IMG/VR virus record: IMGVR_UViG_3300037851_000284
Span: 128,001-192,000 of that record
Source of the DNA: a virus
Taxonomy: Duplodnaviria > Caudoviricetes
Length of the DNA stretch: 64,000 bases
Direction: 5' to 3' (one strand)
Shown piece after piece: positions 10,182 through 19,811 of the stretch. How positions within the stretch are numbered: the stretch's first letter is position 1; each line of letters begins with the position of its first letter. Both the position numbers and the translations under genes were made by a program. Below the pieces are notes generated by a model, which saw only the letters and a program-made list of their open reading frames with translations, ran no database searches and had not been told where the DNA came from.

Positions 10182-11746
10182 TAATTTCTCAAACTATTAT
10201 AATATATACCATTCGGTGCTAAACTTAGATATATAAAGAATTTTTCTAAGTTTAAGTTTTGGTCATTTAAAGGATTTAAATCATAACATAAATATGTACC
10301 ACTAGGAGTTAAAGCAGTATCATATATTAATTGTGTATTTTGATAACCAGAACCATCTGGTAATCGAGCATATATATAATTAGTATCAAAGTCAATCATA
10401 TATCTACCCATAGGTAGTTCGGTTTTAAATCCAGTGTTTTCAGTTAAGAACGCTTTTCTTTGGTATATATCAGACCAGATTTTATCTCCATCTATACCGA
10501 CATTATAAGAACAATCTTCGTATACTCCACTAAGATAAGAGTCTCTAGAATAATTACAATAGTATGTATTATAAAAGCCGCTCTTGGCAAGTATGGTATA
10601 CATTCCTCTTGTTAGTGTGCTAGGAATAGCACTATAATATAAACCACTATAGTCTCCTGTTGTAAGTTTAGATAATGTTAGATAGCTAATATTAGGAGAT
10701 TCAAAGTAATAAAAAGGAATTCCTTCAACATAAAAGGTTCCAGGATAAATTTTAGTGTACCAGTAATTAGCCACTCCAGATATTTCTTCTATAGAAGTCT
10801 GGTATAAACTATAGCTTAAAGAATCTATTCCTCCTATATATCCTGTATAATATATAGATGATCTATAAGTGTTTTCTGGAACACACGCGTCGTAAAAGGA
10901 AGGGATCTGACCGCTACCATAGTTTTTATATACGTCCCATATACAAGAATTATTTGTAACTTTGTCCCAAGTATGATTATATTTATTATCTATATAGTTT
11001 TTAAGGTCATATAATAGTTGAGTGGGATGCCCATTAGAATCATAATACATATTCTTAAGACCAGAAGGGATGTTATTTAAATTATAAACTATAGCATTAG
11101 TAGATATATCTAGATTCTGTTTTTCTATTCTATAGGTAAATCTTGTGTCGTTTTCGTCTTTTTGATTATTCATATCTGTATATCTTAATAAAGTTTTATT
11201 ATTATAAGAATCTACAGTTTCTACATAATACTCAAATTTTAATTGAGTATAATCTTCAAATTCTCTGAATACTTCTACTATATTTGAATAATCAAAATTC
11301 TTATAACCGGATATATTAGCAAATCGTTCTCTTTGCCATACTATAAATCCTACTTTATTTTCTTTAGCAGTATAATAATCCTTTCCCCATATTTGAGGAC
11401 CAATGTTATCCCAAGTACCACTAGACGTTTTATAGTATCCAGAAATATCTTGAATATAAGGGGAACCTGATGGAATAGGATTATAACTAAGTTCAAATAT
11501 ACTTTTTTTAGTTACATTATATGGAGTTAAATCAAATTGGGTATTAATAGCATTAACTAAACCTTGTTTTGTAATATCTGAAGGATAATCGTGTTCCTTT
11601 AATATTCTATTTTTTGCTTCAAGACTAGTCTCAAATGGTTGTCTAATATATAATAGGTTTTTATATTGGTCGTCCCATACAGCAAGCCCATTTAATAAAC
11701 CAAATACATCTAAACTACCCCAAGTTTGTTTTTTAATAGGTTTCAT
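10181..11746 (-). CDS. Putative tail/baseplate structural protein (521 aa)
   Basis: Long coupled ORF in the tail operon; Tyr/Gly/Ser-rich; no catalytic motif recognised. Confidence 0.5.
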   Translation of the reverse strand: MKPIKKQTWGSLDVFGLLNGLAVWDDQYKNLLYIRQPFETSLEAKNRILKEHDYPSDITKQGLVNAINTQFDLTPYNVTKKSIFELSYNPIPSGSPYIQDISGYYKTSSGTWDNIGPQIWGKDYYTAKENKVGFIVWQRERFANISGYKNFDYSNIVEVFREFEDYTQLKFEYYVETVDSYNNKTLLRYTDMNNQKDENDTRFTYRIEKQNLDISTNAIVYNLNNIPSGLKNMYYDSNGHPTQLLYDLKNYIDNKYNHTWDKVTNNSCIWDVYKNYGSGQIPSFYDACVPENTYRSSIYYTGYIGGIDSLSYSLYQTSIEEISGVANYWYTKIYPGTFYVEGIPFYYFESPNISYLTLSKLTTGDYSGLYYSAIPSTLTRGMYTILAKSGFYNTYYCNYSRDSYLSGVYEDCSYNVGIDGDKIWSDIYQRKAFLTENTGFKTELPMGRYMIDFDTNYIYARLPDGSGYQNTQLIYDTALTPSGTYLCYDLNPLNDQNLNLEKFFIYLSLAPNGIYYNSLRN

Positions 11747-11758
11747 TTAATATTCCAA

Positions 11759-12823
11759 TTAAGAAGCTAATCCTCGTTCTATTAATAATGCTCTTATAGC
11801 ATTAGCTAATGTCATTGTGGTGCTAGCGTCTGTTGCTGCTGCAGGAAGCGTTATATTTCCAGAACTAGGAATAGTAAAACTAGAACTCCCGCACGACAGA
11901 TTTAGAGATTCGGGAGCATAGGAATAAATATAATCAAACGCGTCTATTCCTCCATTTTGTCCACCAAAGATAGCAACTCCTCCACCAAGATGAGTTCTAA
12001 AGAAAGCGTTTCCGCTACCATGGTCGTTGCCTACAGTTAGACCAAAGTGTTTACCACCTATATTTTCAGCATTTCCACTATAAGGCAATCCGCTGCCTAT
12101 TACTAATTGTCCATTAGGAATATTAATATAATGACCGCTAGGATTGGCTATAAACTTAATTGACCTACTAATAGTGTCATTATTATAATATCTCCATTCT
12201 AATCCACTAGGTGTCAAATCAACATATTCGTAATCAGAAGGTCTAGAAGAGTGATTCGGAGGAAGGGTTTGTGTGATATTAAGACCAGAACTAGGAATGG
12301 CAGTTAGGCTAGAATCGATGTAATCGTTCCCTGCCCACTGAGACCTCATATATATTTCTTGGGGATGAACTTTTAGTTCATGTTCTTGTGTTGGAGAAAT
12401 ACACCCATTATAAATAAAAGCTTCTAATCCACTTAAAGTAAGAGAAGTAGGAACAGTAGTATTAGTGTAAATAGAAGTACTTGTGTCTCCATTATTTAAA
12501 TAAAGTCCACTATTAGTTAATTTAGATCTTACGGTACCCCCTCTAGAAGCTGACGTTTCTATATAATTAGAATAGAATCCGCTTTTAGAGGTAATATCAT
12601 CTATATATCCTGATTCAATTGTTAAATCTGACCTCCCAAGCATTTTACTATTTACATAGTTTTGTACTAAAGACACTTCATATCCTATACTGTTACGCAT
12701 AGAATTCTTATTAACCGGTGTATAATTATCTCTTATACATCGTACTACATCATCTGGCTTATAACTCCCGCTTTGCCAGCATGTCGCCATGCTTAAAGAA
12801 GGATTATCATTAGGATAACTCAT
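11759..12823 (-). CDS. Tail fibre-like protein (354 aa)
   Basis: Beta-rich Ser/Gly composition and a C-terminal AATDASTTMTLANAIRALLIERGL helix typical of fibre ends. Confidence 0.5.
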   Translation of the reverse strand: MSYPNDNPSLSMATCWQSGSYKPDDVVRCIRDNYTPVNKNSMRNSIGYEVSLVQNYVNSKMLGRSDLTIESGYIDDITSKSGFYSNYIETSASRGGTVRSKLTNSGLYLNNGDTSTSIYTNTTVPTSLTLSGLEAFIYNGCISPTQEHELKVHPQEIYMRSQWAGNDYIDSSLTAIPSSGLNITQTLPPNHSSRPSDYEYVDLTPSGLEWRYYNNDTISRSIKFIANPSGHYINIPNGQLVIGSGLPYSGNAENIGGKHFGLTVGNDHGSGNAFFRTHLGGGVAIFGGQNGGIDAFDYIYSYAPESLNLSCGSSSFTIPSSGNITLPAAATDASTTMTLANAIRALLIERGLAS

Positions 12824-12831
12824 TTTTACTC

Positions 12832-14943
12832 CTATAGATCTACATCATCGTATTGTTCTCTTAACAATACCTTGGTTTCATCATCATAGTTTGATTGAAT
12901 CAAGGCATAATCATATGCTAATTTATATTTATAAATTCCACTTGCGCTATAATAATCTGCTATCAAGAAGGTTCCGTCTTCATATACTGTTATATCAGTA
13001 GGATAGTAGTTTCCCGAGGCTAATGTGTGTATCACTGGCCCATTATCTTCGCCTGCTGGATATTTGATATAATTCATGAACAAATCATTAGTATTATACT
13101 GTAATAGTTTACCTATAGGTTCTCCTGTAGGAATTATATTTCTATTGGTTATATCTAGGGGATACTGACCTGCAGCAATGAATATGTTATCTTTAAATAC
13201 TTTTGCTCCTCTAAGATCAAATTTAGTGTTCATATTAGTAGGAATCCAATTAAAATCTCCTAACTCAGTTAATCCTATAATTTTCTTATTAGGGTCATCT
13301 GATAATATAAATGTATAATAATCTCCCTTTACCCCTGTATATATTAATCCGGATGGTCTTATTACTGATTTAGTTGGGGTTTGACATAGCAACGGATAAT
13401 ATTCTAATTCCTCTCCTGTATAAAGATTCTGTTTAATTAGAGATTGATTGGTGCCGTCAATAACCCACATAATATTTCTACCGGCATGCGATTGATTATA
13501 ATCATAAGAAATGCCTCTATAATCATATTTATTATAAACTTTTATATTATCTTTAACTATGTCTCTATAAAAAATCGCATTTGGTATAATTCCTAATTTT
13601 GTACCCATCACGTCTTCGATATTTATAACGGATCTTGGTATTATATAATTATTATAATCTTTTATTTCTGTAGTTTTTAAAGTTATTATATCCCAATCCC
13701 AAGGATAGAGGTCGGGATTATTAAAGTTAATATCAAATGACGGATATGTATTGACGTTATACTCATCAAAAACCATATTAACATATAATTCATATCTTAG
13801 ATTTTTATAATTAGATACTAAATCAGCAAAAGTTAATTCCCTATTATAATCACTAAATACGATAGTATCATCTTGAGTATAAATATATTGTAGAAAGTCT
13901 GACGTTTTAAGCAATCCTCTACTATCAAATATGCGTAATTTGGTAGCATCTAAATCATAGGTTATGGAACTATCCAGATTCAGGTTGGGTTTTATTTCAA
14001 CACAAGGAGACCCGTCGGTTTGTTTAAACTGTAATCTATAGTCTCTATTTGTACTATCATTGAATTTAGGGTCGAGATGTATATTATATCCTCCTGAAAT
14101 AGTAGTAGCTAAGGTTGATCCTGGATATAAGCACGAATTTTCTACTACAGACCCAGTAGATGCTCCTCCGGATATATTAATAACAGAAGTTTTTGATATA
14201 ATCTTATCTGCATATATAAACGCGTTATTTATATATATGGGACTGTTAAAAGTAGAATTAGTTAAATACAATGTCCCAGACCCAACATTAATATCAGCGT
14301 ATGTATTTCCATACATTAAGGTTCCAAATATATCAATGGTAAAAGAATTACCATAATAAACACCAACATAGTTATCGTGTATACATGAATTATGAATTAT
14401 AGGATTAGTACAGTATATTCCTGTTCCATAATTTGATATACTACAATTTGTTACAACATTAGTACCGCCACTAATATCATATAAAAAGTAATTTTTATTA
14501 TTGATACCATAGGAATCTAGATTCTCAAACTGTACAGTTCCTCCATAATTTAATACTCCACTTGAGTTATTAATAAGCTGAGTGTTTTTAACACTCAATC
14601 CAAATCCAGAAGGAACAGTAAACCAGTAATTAGGTAATCCGGAACAGTCTATGGTAAATCCTTCTATATATAAATTAGGAGCATATGAATACGAATAATT
14701 TCCACTAACAGTACCAATTCCACTAACTAGACACCAATATGTCCCACTACCAATTATATTAAAAGTTCCGCTATATGGTATAAACCCACTTATGGTACCG
14801 CTATAAGACCCTCCATCAACTATCATTGTATAGGTAGTTATATCTCCAGACGCAGCTAATCCACTAACAAGCATATCATTAAATGCTGTAGTGATAGTTG
14901 TATAATCACCGGTACCATCTCTTTTAACATATTTAAGTAACAT
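12832..14943 (-). CDS. Beta-helix domain virion protein (703 aa)
   Basis: YVKRDGTGDYTTI..A start, N/G-ladder repeats (NCSISNYGTGIY, NSCIHDNYVGVY) and a DPKF...DYRLQ...SPC end motif of right-handed beta-helices, followed by an unknown C-terminal half. Confidence 0.6.
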   Translation of the reverse strand: MLLKYVKRDGTGDYTTITTAFNDMLVSGLAASGDITTYTMIVDGGSYSGTISGFIPYSGTFNIIGSGTYWCLVSGIGTVSGNYSYSYAPNLYIEGFTIDCSGLPNYWFTVPSGFGLSVKNTQLINNSSGVLNYGGTVQFENLDSYGINNKNYFLYDISGGTNVVTNCSISNYGTGIYCTNPIIHNSCIHDNYVGVYYGNSFTIDIFGTLMYGNTYADINVGSGTLYLTNSTFNSPIYINNAFIYADKIISKTSVINISGGASTGSVVENSCLYPGSTLATTISGGYNIHLDPKFNDSTNRDYRLQFKQTDGSPCVEIKPNLNLDSSITYDLDATKLRIFDSRGLLKTSDFLQYIYTQDDTIVFSDYNRELTFADLVSNYKNLRYELYVNMVFDEYNVNTYPSFDINFNNPDLYPWDWDIITLKTTEIKDYNNYIIPRSVINIEDVMGTKLGIIPNAIFYRDIVKDNIKVYNKYDYRGISYDYNQSHAGRNIMWVIDGTNQSLIKQNLYTGEELEYYPLLCQTPTKSVIRPSGLIYTGVKGDYYTFILSDDPNKKIIGLTELGDFNWIPTNMNTKFDLRGAKVFKDNIFIAAGQYPLDITNRNIIPTGEPIGKLLQYNTNDLFMNYIKYPAGEDNGPVIHTLASGNYYPTDITVYEDGTFLIADYYSASGIYKYKLAYDYALIQSNYDDETKVLLREQYDDVDL

Positions 14944-17237
14944 TATTGTGCCTCATAAAATAACTTAAATCCGCCTATATCAACATTACAATTTTTAAAT
15001 ATTCTAATTGTTGTTGATCCAACAGAATCATCAGCGCATGTAGTTTGTGATAATTTAATTTCCCTATACCAAGGGTCTGTTTCTTCTTTATAATAAAGTT
15101 TAAATGTTGGAACATTACTAGATATGTCATCCGGAGCATATTTAACTATAAAACTTTTACGATTTTCATTAAAATTAATATATTCTTTTCCAGTAAATTG
15201 ATATCCGTCTGCCTGAATTCTCAATTTTCCATCAATATCAAAGTCAAAATAAATATACTTGTCAAAGTAATCATCAAATAATTCTAATAATCTTCCGCTA
15301 CTTACTAGTCTTAACTTGCAATCAAATTGAAAATATGTTCCTTGTGATGGATACTGGTCGCTTACTTTAATATATGAGATATTATCTTTATAATAATAGG
15401 CTTCCCCATTTGTTTTAATCATTTTCTTTCCATAAGAATCGTTATAATTTATTTTATAAATAGGATATTCACCACTATATCTTAAGTCATTTCCGTTCGA
15501 ACTAACATCTGTTTCGATAAGGTTCCCAGAAACAGCAGTATCGAATAAACAATTAATTGAAGTGTGTCTGAATGTAGTAATCTGGGGCACAAATTCGTTA
15601 GAATATCCGGCATATAATTTATTAGTATTTTGATATAAAGGACCAGTAACTTGACCTTCAGAAAACTTCATTGGTAAATCAAAAGACATCTTATAAATTT
15701 TACTATAAGGTCTAACCTTTAATCCATCAAACGTTATTACTTTTGATGGTTCATTCTGATTGGGATCTTTTGTAAATTCGTATTCTAGTTCATTTAAAGT
15801 TCCGCTTTGATTGACAGTTGTAATAGGACTGCTAGTATGTAAAGAAATATAATTACTAGCTAAAGGAGAAGTTATATATCTGATACCATCATATGTTTTA
15901 TATTTATATTCAACCATATATCGACTATAGTATCCAGATATTTTTATTCGATTTGTAATTGATCCGGAACCATCAACATAAGTCATAGTTCCTTCGTCTA
16001 TCTTTCCGCTTTCGTGTAAATAATCCCAACTAGTAGTCTGTAGAAGAGTACAACCAGACCCTTCCATATTAGCACTGAATCCTTTTCCTGAAGGAACAAT
16101 TGAATCGTACCCTACATATATAGGGTCAAAGGCTCCATCAGCATCTCCAGAAGCCGTACCTAAAAACATTTTGCGGGATTTATAATAATATAAAGGTTTT
16201 CCAGTATATGGAATTTCTGTAGCATTTCCACTAGAATCGAGAATATCTATATCATATAGATGCATCGTTCCGCTAATAGGAATGTGCTCTAAATCTAAAT
16301 ACGCAACAGTATAATTATTATATCCATAGGGGTTATTATATGCTGTTCTATAGTAAATTTTGTTTCCGCCATTATCGTAATAATAATCTCCTGAATAATC
16401 CACTATAGCAACACCGCTTCCAGTTTCATCTTTAATCCAACCGTGGTAAGGAGTATAGTGGTCGATTACATATACTGTCCCGCTTTCATCTAGAACCTCT
16501 CTTGTAAGAGGATATTTACCACTTAACGTTTGACTATTAATAGGATATAAGAACTCATATTTATAAGTTCCAGAATATTGTTGGTTTTTAATTCCTGTAA
16601 ACATTCCATATATATAATTATAATCTCCAGTATGTGCAAAATTTGTACCTACATCGACCGCAAATACAGGATATAGTCCTGATTTAAATGCGGTTTCTTG
16701 GTCTATATCGCTAGATATAACTAGATATCCTGACCCTCTTTCATCTGACCTAATGTATTCTAAACCCATAAATCCGGTTAATGTAGACCAACATTCTTTA
16801 TTAAATCCTATATCGAACCCATTATCAAATCCTGCTCCGGAAGCAACCAATATTCCGGTATAGGTTGAATAATACATAGGTATTCTTACAGAACCAGTAT
16901 TAATAATCCTAGTTGGACTTCCGTCATAGAATTCGTTTTCATTAGTAATCTTAATTGGTATTGATCCGGAAGCATTTATAAAATTAGTAATAGGAACACC
17001 AGATATTGTAGCAGAATAAAGAGTTAATTCGTTAGATAAATCAAACGAGTTAATAAAAGAATTATTATATAACTCTTTCATTTTTTTATTAAGATAATCA
17101 AGTTCTACTCCATATAATAAGTTTATATATTTATAACCGTTAGAATTTTTATCATCAGCCATCTTAAAACTTGGAGGTAGAATAGCTTTGATTATTCGTT
17201 CAGTGCATTCCGCTTGTTTTGGTTGTTTTGTAAACAT
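14943..17237 (-). CDS. Putative baseplate/tail-associated protein (764 aa)
   Basis: Directly downstream of baseplate J, in the position usually held by a wedge/fibre-attachment subunit; AAGGA RBS. Confidence 0.5.
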   Translation of the reverse strand: MFTKQPKQAECTERIIKAILPPSFKMADDKNSNGYKYINLLYGVELDYLNKKMKELYNNSFINSFDLSNELTLYSATISGVPITNFINASGSIPIKITNENEFYDGSPTRIINTGSVRIPMYYSTYTGILVASGAGFDNGFDIGFNKECWSTLTGFMGLEYIRSDERGSGYLVISSDIDQETAFKSGLYPVFAVDVGTNFAHTGDYNYIYGMFTGIKNQQYSGTYKYEFLYPINSQTLSGKYPLTREVLDESGTVYVIDHYTPYHGWIKDETGSGVAIVDYSGDYYYDNGGNKIYYRTAYNNPYGYNNYTVAYLDLEHIPISGTMHLYDIDILDSSGNATEIPYTGKPLYYYKSRKMFLGTASGDADGAFDPIYVGYDSIVPSGKGFSANMEGSGCTLLQTTSWDYLHESGKIDEGTMTYVDGSGSITNRIKISGYYSRYMVEYKYKTYDGIRYITSPLASNYISLHTSSPITTVNQSGTLNELEYEFTKDPNQNEPSKVITFDGLKVRPYSKIYKMSFDLPMKFSEGQVTGPLYQNTNKLYAGYSNEFVPQITTFRHTSINCLFDTAVSGNLIETDVSSNGNDLRYSGEYPIYKINYNDSYGKKMIKTNGEAYYYKDNISYIKVSDQYPSQGTYFQFDCKLRLVSSGRLLELFDDYFDKYIYFDFDIDGKLRIQADGYQFTGKEYINFNENRKSFIVKYAPDDISSNVPTFKLYYKEETDPWYREIKLSQTTCADDSVGSTTIRIFKNCNVDIGGFKLFYEAQ

Positions 17238-17245
17238 TTAAATCC

Positions 17246-18499
17246 TTAAGCTATACAAACACTAATAAGTCCTTGATCTGTATACCACTTAGATAAACTA
17301 TCAGCTCTTTGATTTTGAAATCTTAATACTATTTGATTTCTATTTATTTTATTAAAAATATCATATTCTCCATATTTAAATGACCTAGGAATAATATCAT
17401 CAACTCCTGCAACATCCATAGAAACATCTATTATCCTATTCCAAACTATCTCTCCTCCAATTGGGAGGTCGTTAATATATTGAATAATAGAACTTCTTAC
17501 CTGTTGTCTTATTATGTTTTCGTCTGTAACTCCAATAGAAGGCACTATTCCTAGGTCTAATTCTACTCCATAATAAGTTGGTCTATTTACATAAATAGTG
17601 TCACCATACGATAATTCTTGTTGTATTTTTTCTTGTACAGCATCTATCAATCCTTGAGATATAAGAGGAGAGACTCCATCTATTACTATATTTACTGTTC
17701 CATTACCAAATTTATTCTTTTCGAATAGTATATCTCGTATTCCAGGAACACTTAATGCTGCTCTTCTAATTGATAACTCGTTAGCTCTTATAGCACTTCT
17801 TGAGGTTGCTATTTTATATCTAAATTCTTCGTCGGTTAAAGAATATTTACCATTTTGAATAGGAAATCTGTTTGAACATTTAATATATTGGGAAATCTTT
17901 CTTAACTCAGGGATAGATGCTAACGTGTGAGCCACTAATACATTTGTTTGAACATTGGCTGCTGGACCAGAACTTGACGCTATTACTCCAACATAAGTAT
18001 CACTATTAGTTAAATGGGCAGCTTCTATAGTCGTATAAGATATTGTTCCATCAAAATTTTGTATTACAGTATCCTTAGGAATTATGATTTCTGTTGGTTC
18101 TCCGTTATTATCCAAACTCATAAATCCATTATTAACCAAAGTATTTCTTTCCACGTTTGTATAAGTTCTTTTAATCATAGGGGACAAACTCATATTTATT
18201 CTAGGATCTATATAAAAATAAAAGTTAGTCTTTGAGTAATCAGAAGGAGTTACGGCATCAGTACGTGTCTCGCCAACTAGATATCCTATTTTATCTAAAT
18301 CTGCTCCTGTTGCTCTGGTGGGATCAATAGCATTATAGATATACTCCATACTGTCATAATATCTTTCGAGTTCAAGACCAAGTATATCTAATAATGCTTT
18401 GCTAATGCCTTGAGCATTAAAATTATTTACAGGAGTATTCCTTTCAAGTCTAGTTTTTCCGTCTGTAACAACATCAATATAATTTCGTCTAACTGCCAT
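17246..18499 (-). CDS. Baseplate J-like wedge protein (417 aa)
   Basis: ATGADLDKIG, GPAANV, TDEEFRYKI, ALSVPGI and GGEIVWNRII motifs characteristic of Baseplate_J. Confidence 0.88.
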   Translation of the reverse strand: MAVRRNYIDVVTDGKTRLERNTPVNNFNAQGISKALLDILGLELERYYDSMEYIYNAIDPTRATGADLDKIGYLVGETRTDAVTPSDYSKTNFYFYIDPRINMSLSPMIKRTYTNVERNTLVNNGFMSLDNNGEPTEIIIPKDTVIQNFDGTISYTTIEAAHLTNSDTYVGVIASSSGPAANVQTNVLVAHTLASIPELRKISQYIKCSNRFPIQNGKYSLTDEEFRYKIATSRSAIRANELSIRRAALSVPGIRDILFEKNKFGNGTVNIVIDGVSPLISQGLIDAVQEKIQQELSYGDTIYVNRPTYYGVELDLGIVPSIGVTDENIIRQQVRSSIIQYINDLPIGGEIVWNRIIDVSMDVAGVDDIIPRSFKYGEYDIFNKINRNQIVLRFQNQRADSLSKWYTDQGLISVCIA

Positions 18500-18510
18500 T
18501 TTAAACTCCG

Positions 18511-19035
18511 TTAATTAAGGAAATTTTCTCTCATAGAAGTCAAATATTTATTTGGTCTTTTCATATTTGAAATATCATTAATTTTATAATTAGTAGTCGA
18601 GATAGGATCTAACACTCTACTATCATATTTATTAAATTTGCTTATACCGTTAATAAAATCAAAATCGAATATAAGGGAATCTACTTCATAATTCTGCATC
18701 ATAATATCAACAAAAATCATTATACTCTCGTAACCAGTAGGAACTACTCTTACCGAAACTTGTCCTGGAAATACAGTATCTTTTAATCCATCAGTTAGAA
18801 AAGATTCTATTCTTTTTCCTACTTCTCTGGTATTTTGAGACCCTGTAAATACATTTGGTGTACATCCAATTTTAGGAGAAGCTTTCCAGTCTCCAGGTTC
18901 GGTTATTAATAATTTATATATTTCTCTCTCTATATAATCTATACCGTTAGATAACATTAGGTCTCCGTTTTCGAAGTGGAGATCGGTATCGTATCCAAGT
19001 AAAACATCCCACATACCAGTATATATCTGATTCAT
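18511..19035 (-). CDS. Baseplate wedge subunit / sheath initiator (gp25/gpW-like)
   Basis: DL.FENGDL.L..G.DYI..EI..LL.TEPGDW...P.IG pattern; located immediately before baseplate J. Confidence 0.7.
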   Translation of the reverse strand: MNQIYTGMWDVLLGYDTDLHFENGDLMLSNGIDYIEREIYKLLITEPGDWKASPKIGCTPNVFTGSQNTREVGKRIESFLTDGLKDTVFPGQVSVRVVPTGYESIMIFVDIMMQNYEVDSLIFDFDFINGISKFNKYDSRVLDPISTTNYKINDISNMKRPNKYLTSMRENFLN

Positions 19036-19802
19036 TATGTTAGTACTCCAGCTGCTTTATCTATTACTTTCACAACTTGTCGTACTTTAGTTGCTCCGTT
19101 TGCTATTTGAGCCACTAATGATAAGTTAGGATATTCTGGAAAAGAGATAGGAAAAGTTACTATAGTTGAAGGTATAAATCGTTGAAGAGTGTTATCCATC
19201 ATTATTCCTCTTTGATGTTCTGAACTTTCCCAAGAAACGTTTCCGGCAATATAAACTCCTTCTTTCCCCATAGTAATTGAGGAACCAATTGATTTTATTA
19301 GAATTGTGCCGTCTTTATTAATAAAGATACCAACACTTTTATTCGAAAGATTTTCTTTTGATTCAGTATTAGTATAGTCTCCCTCTAAAGGAGGAGAAAT
19401 AGCCACAGATACTTTATCTAAATCAAACATATTTGTCTTACTTATAGCAAATCCTGCCCCTCCAGAATTTGGATTTGTAACAGAAACAGTCTGTTTTTTA
19501 GGTACACACCAAACTAGACCAAAAGGAAGGTCTGCCAAAGTTCCCTTATCATCCAATATTCCAGGAAGAAAATTCTGTCTTTCAGGAGTAACACATCTAG
19601 TTTCTAGTAAAGATTCATCATTTGTTACAACTATAGCAACATGATGTTCTGGACTAGGAACTATGTGCCCTCCAAAATATTTAAAATCATAATAGTTCTT
19701 ATTATGTTTAATTCTTATAACTTTATGGCGGTCATTATAATAATTAATCTCAGATATAGAAGCGCCATAAGCTTTAAGTTCGTATCTATTTTCATTAGCC
19801 AT
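19035..19802 (-). CDS. Putative baseplate central spike (gpV-like)
   Basis: Located between hub and wedge; beta-strand repeat region GIFINKDGTILIKSIGSSITMGKEGVYIAG. Confidence 0.5.
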   Translation of the reverse strand: MANENRYELKAYGASISEINYYNDRHKVIRIKHNKNYYDFKYFGGHIVPSPEHHVAIVVTNDESLLETRCVTPERQNFLPGILDDKGTLADLPFGLVWCVPKKQTVSVTNPNSGGAGFAISKTNMFDLDKVSVAISPPLEGDYTNTESKENLSNKSVGIFINKDGTILIKSIGSSITMGKEGVYIAGNVSWESSEHQRGIMMDNTLQRFIPSTIVTFPISFPEYPNLSLVAQIANGATKVRQVVKVIDKAAGVLT

Positions 19803-19811
19803 ATTAAATCC

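Noticed and set aside
3918-14943. Diversity-generating retroelement or invertible shufflon acting on the receptor-binding genes
   Set aside because: No reverse transcriptase or recombinase, no near-identical template/variable repeat pair and no inverted crossover sites were seen; all genes are co-oriented.
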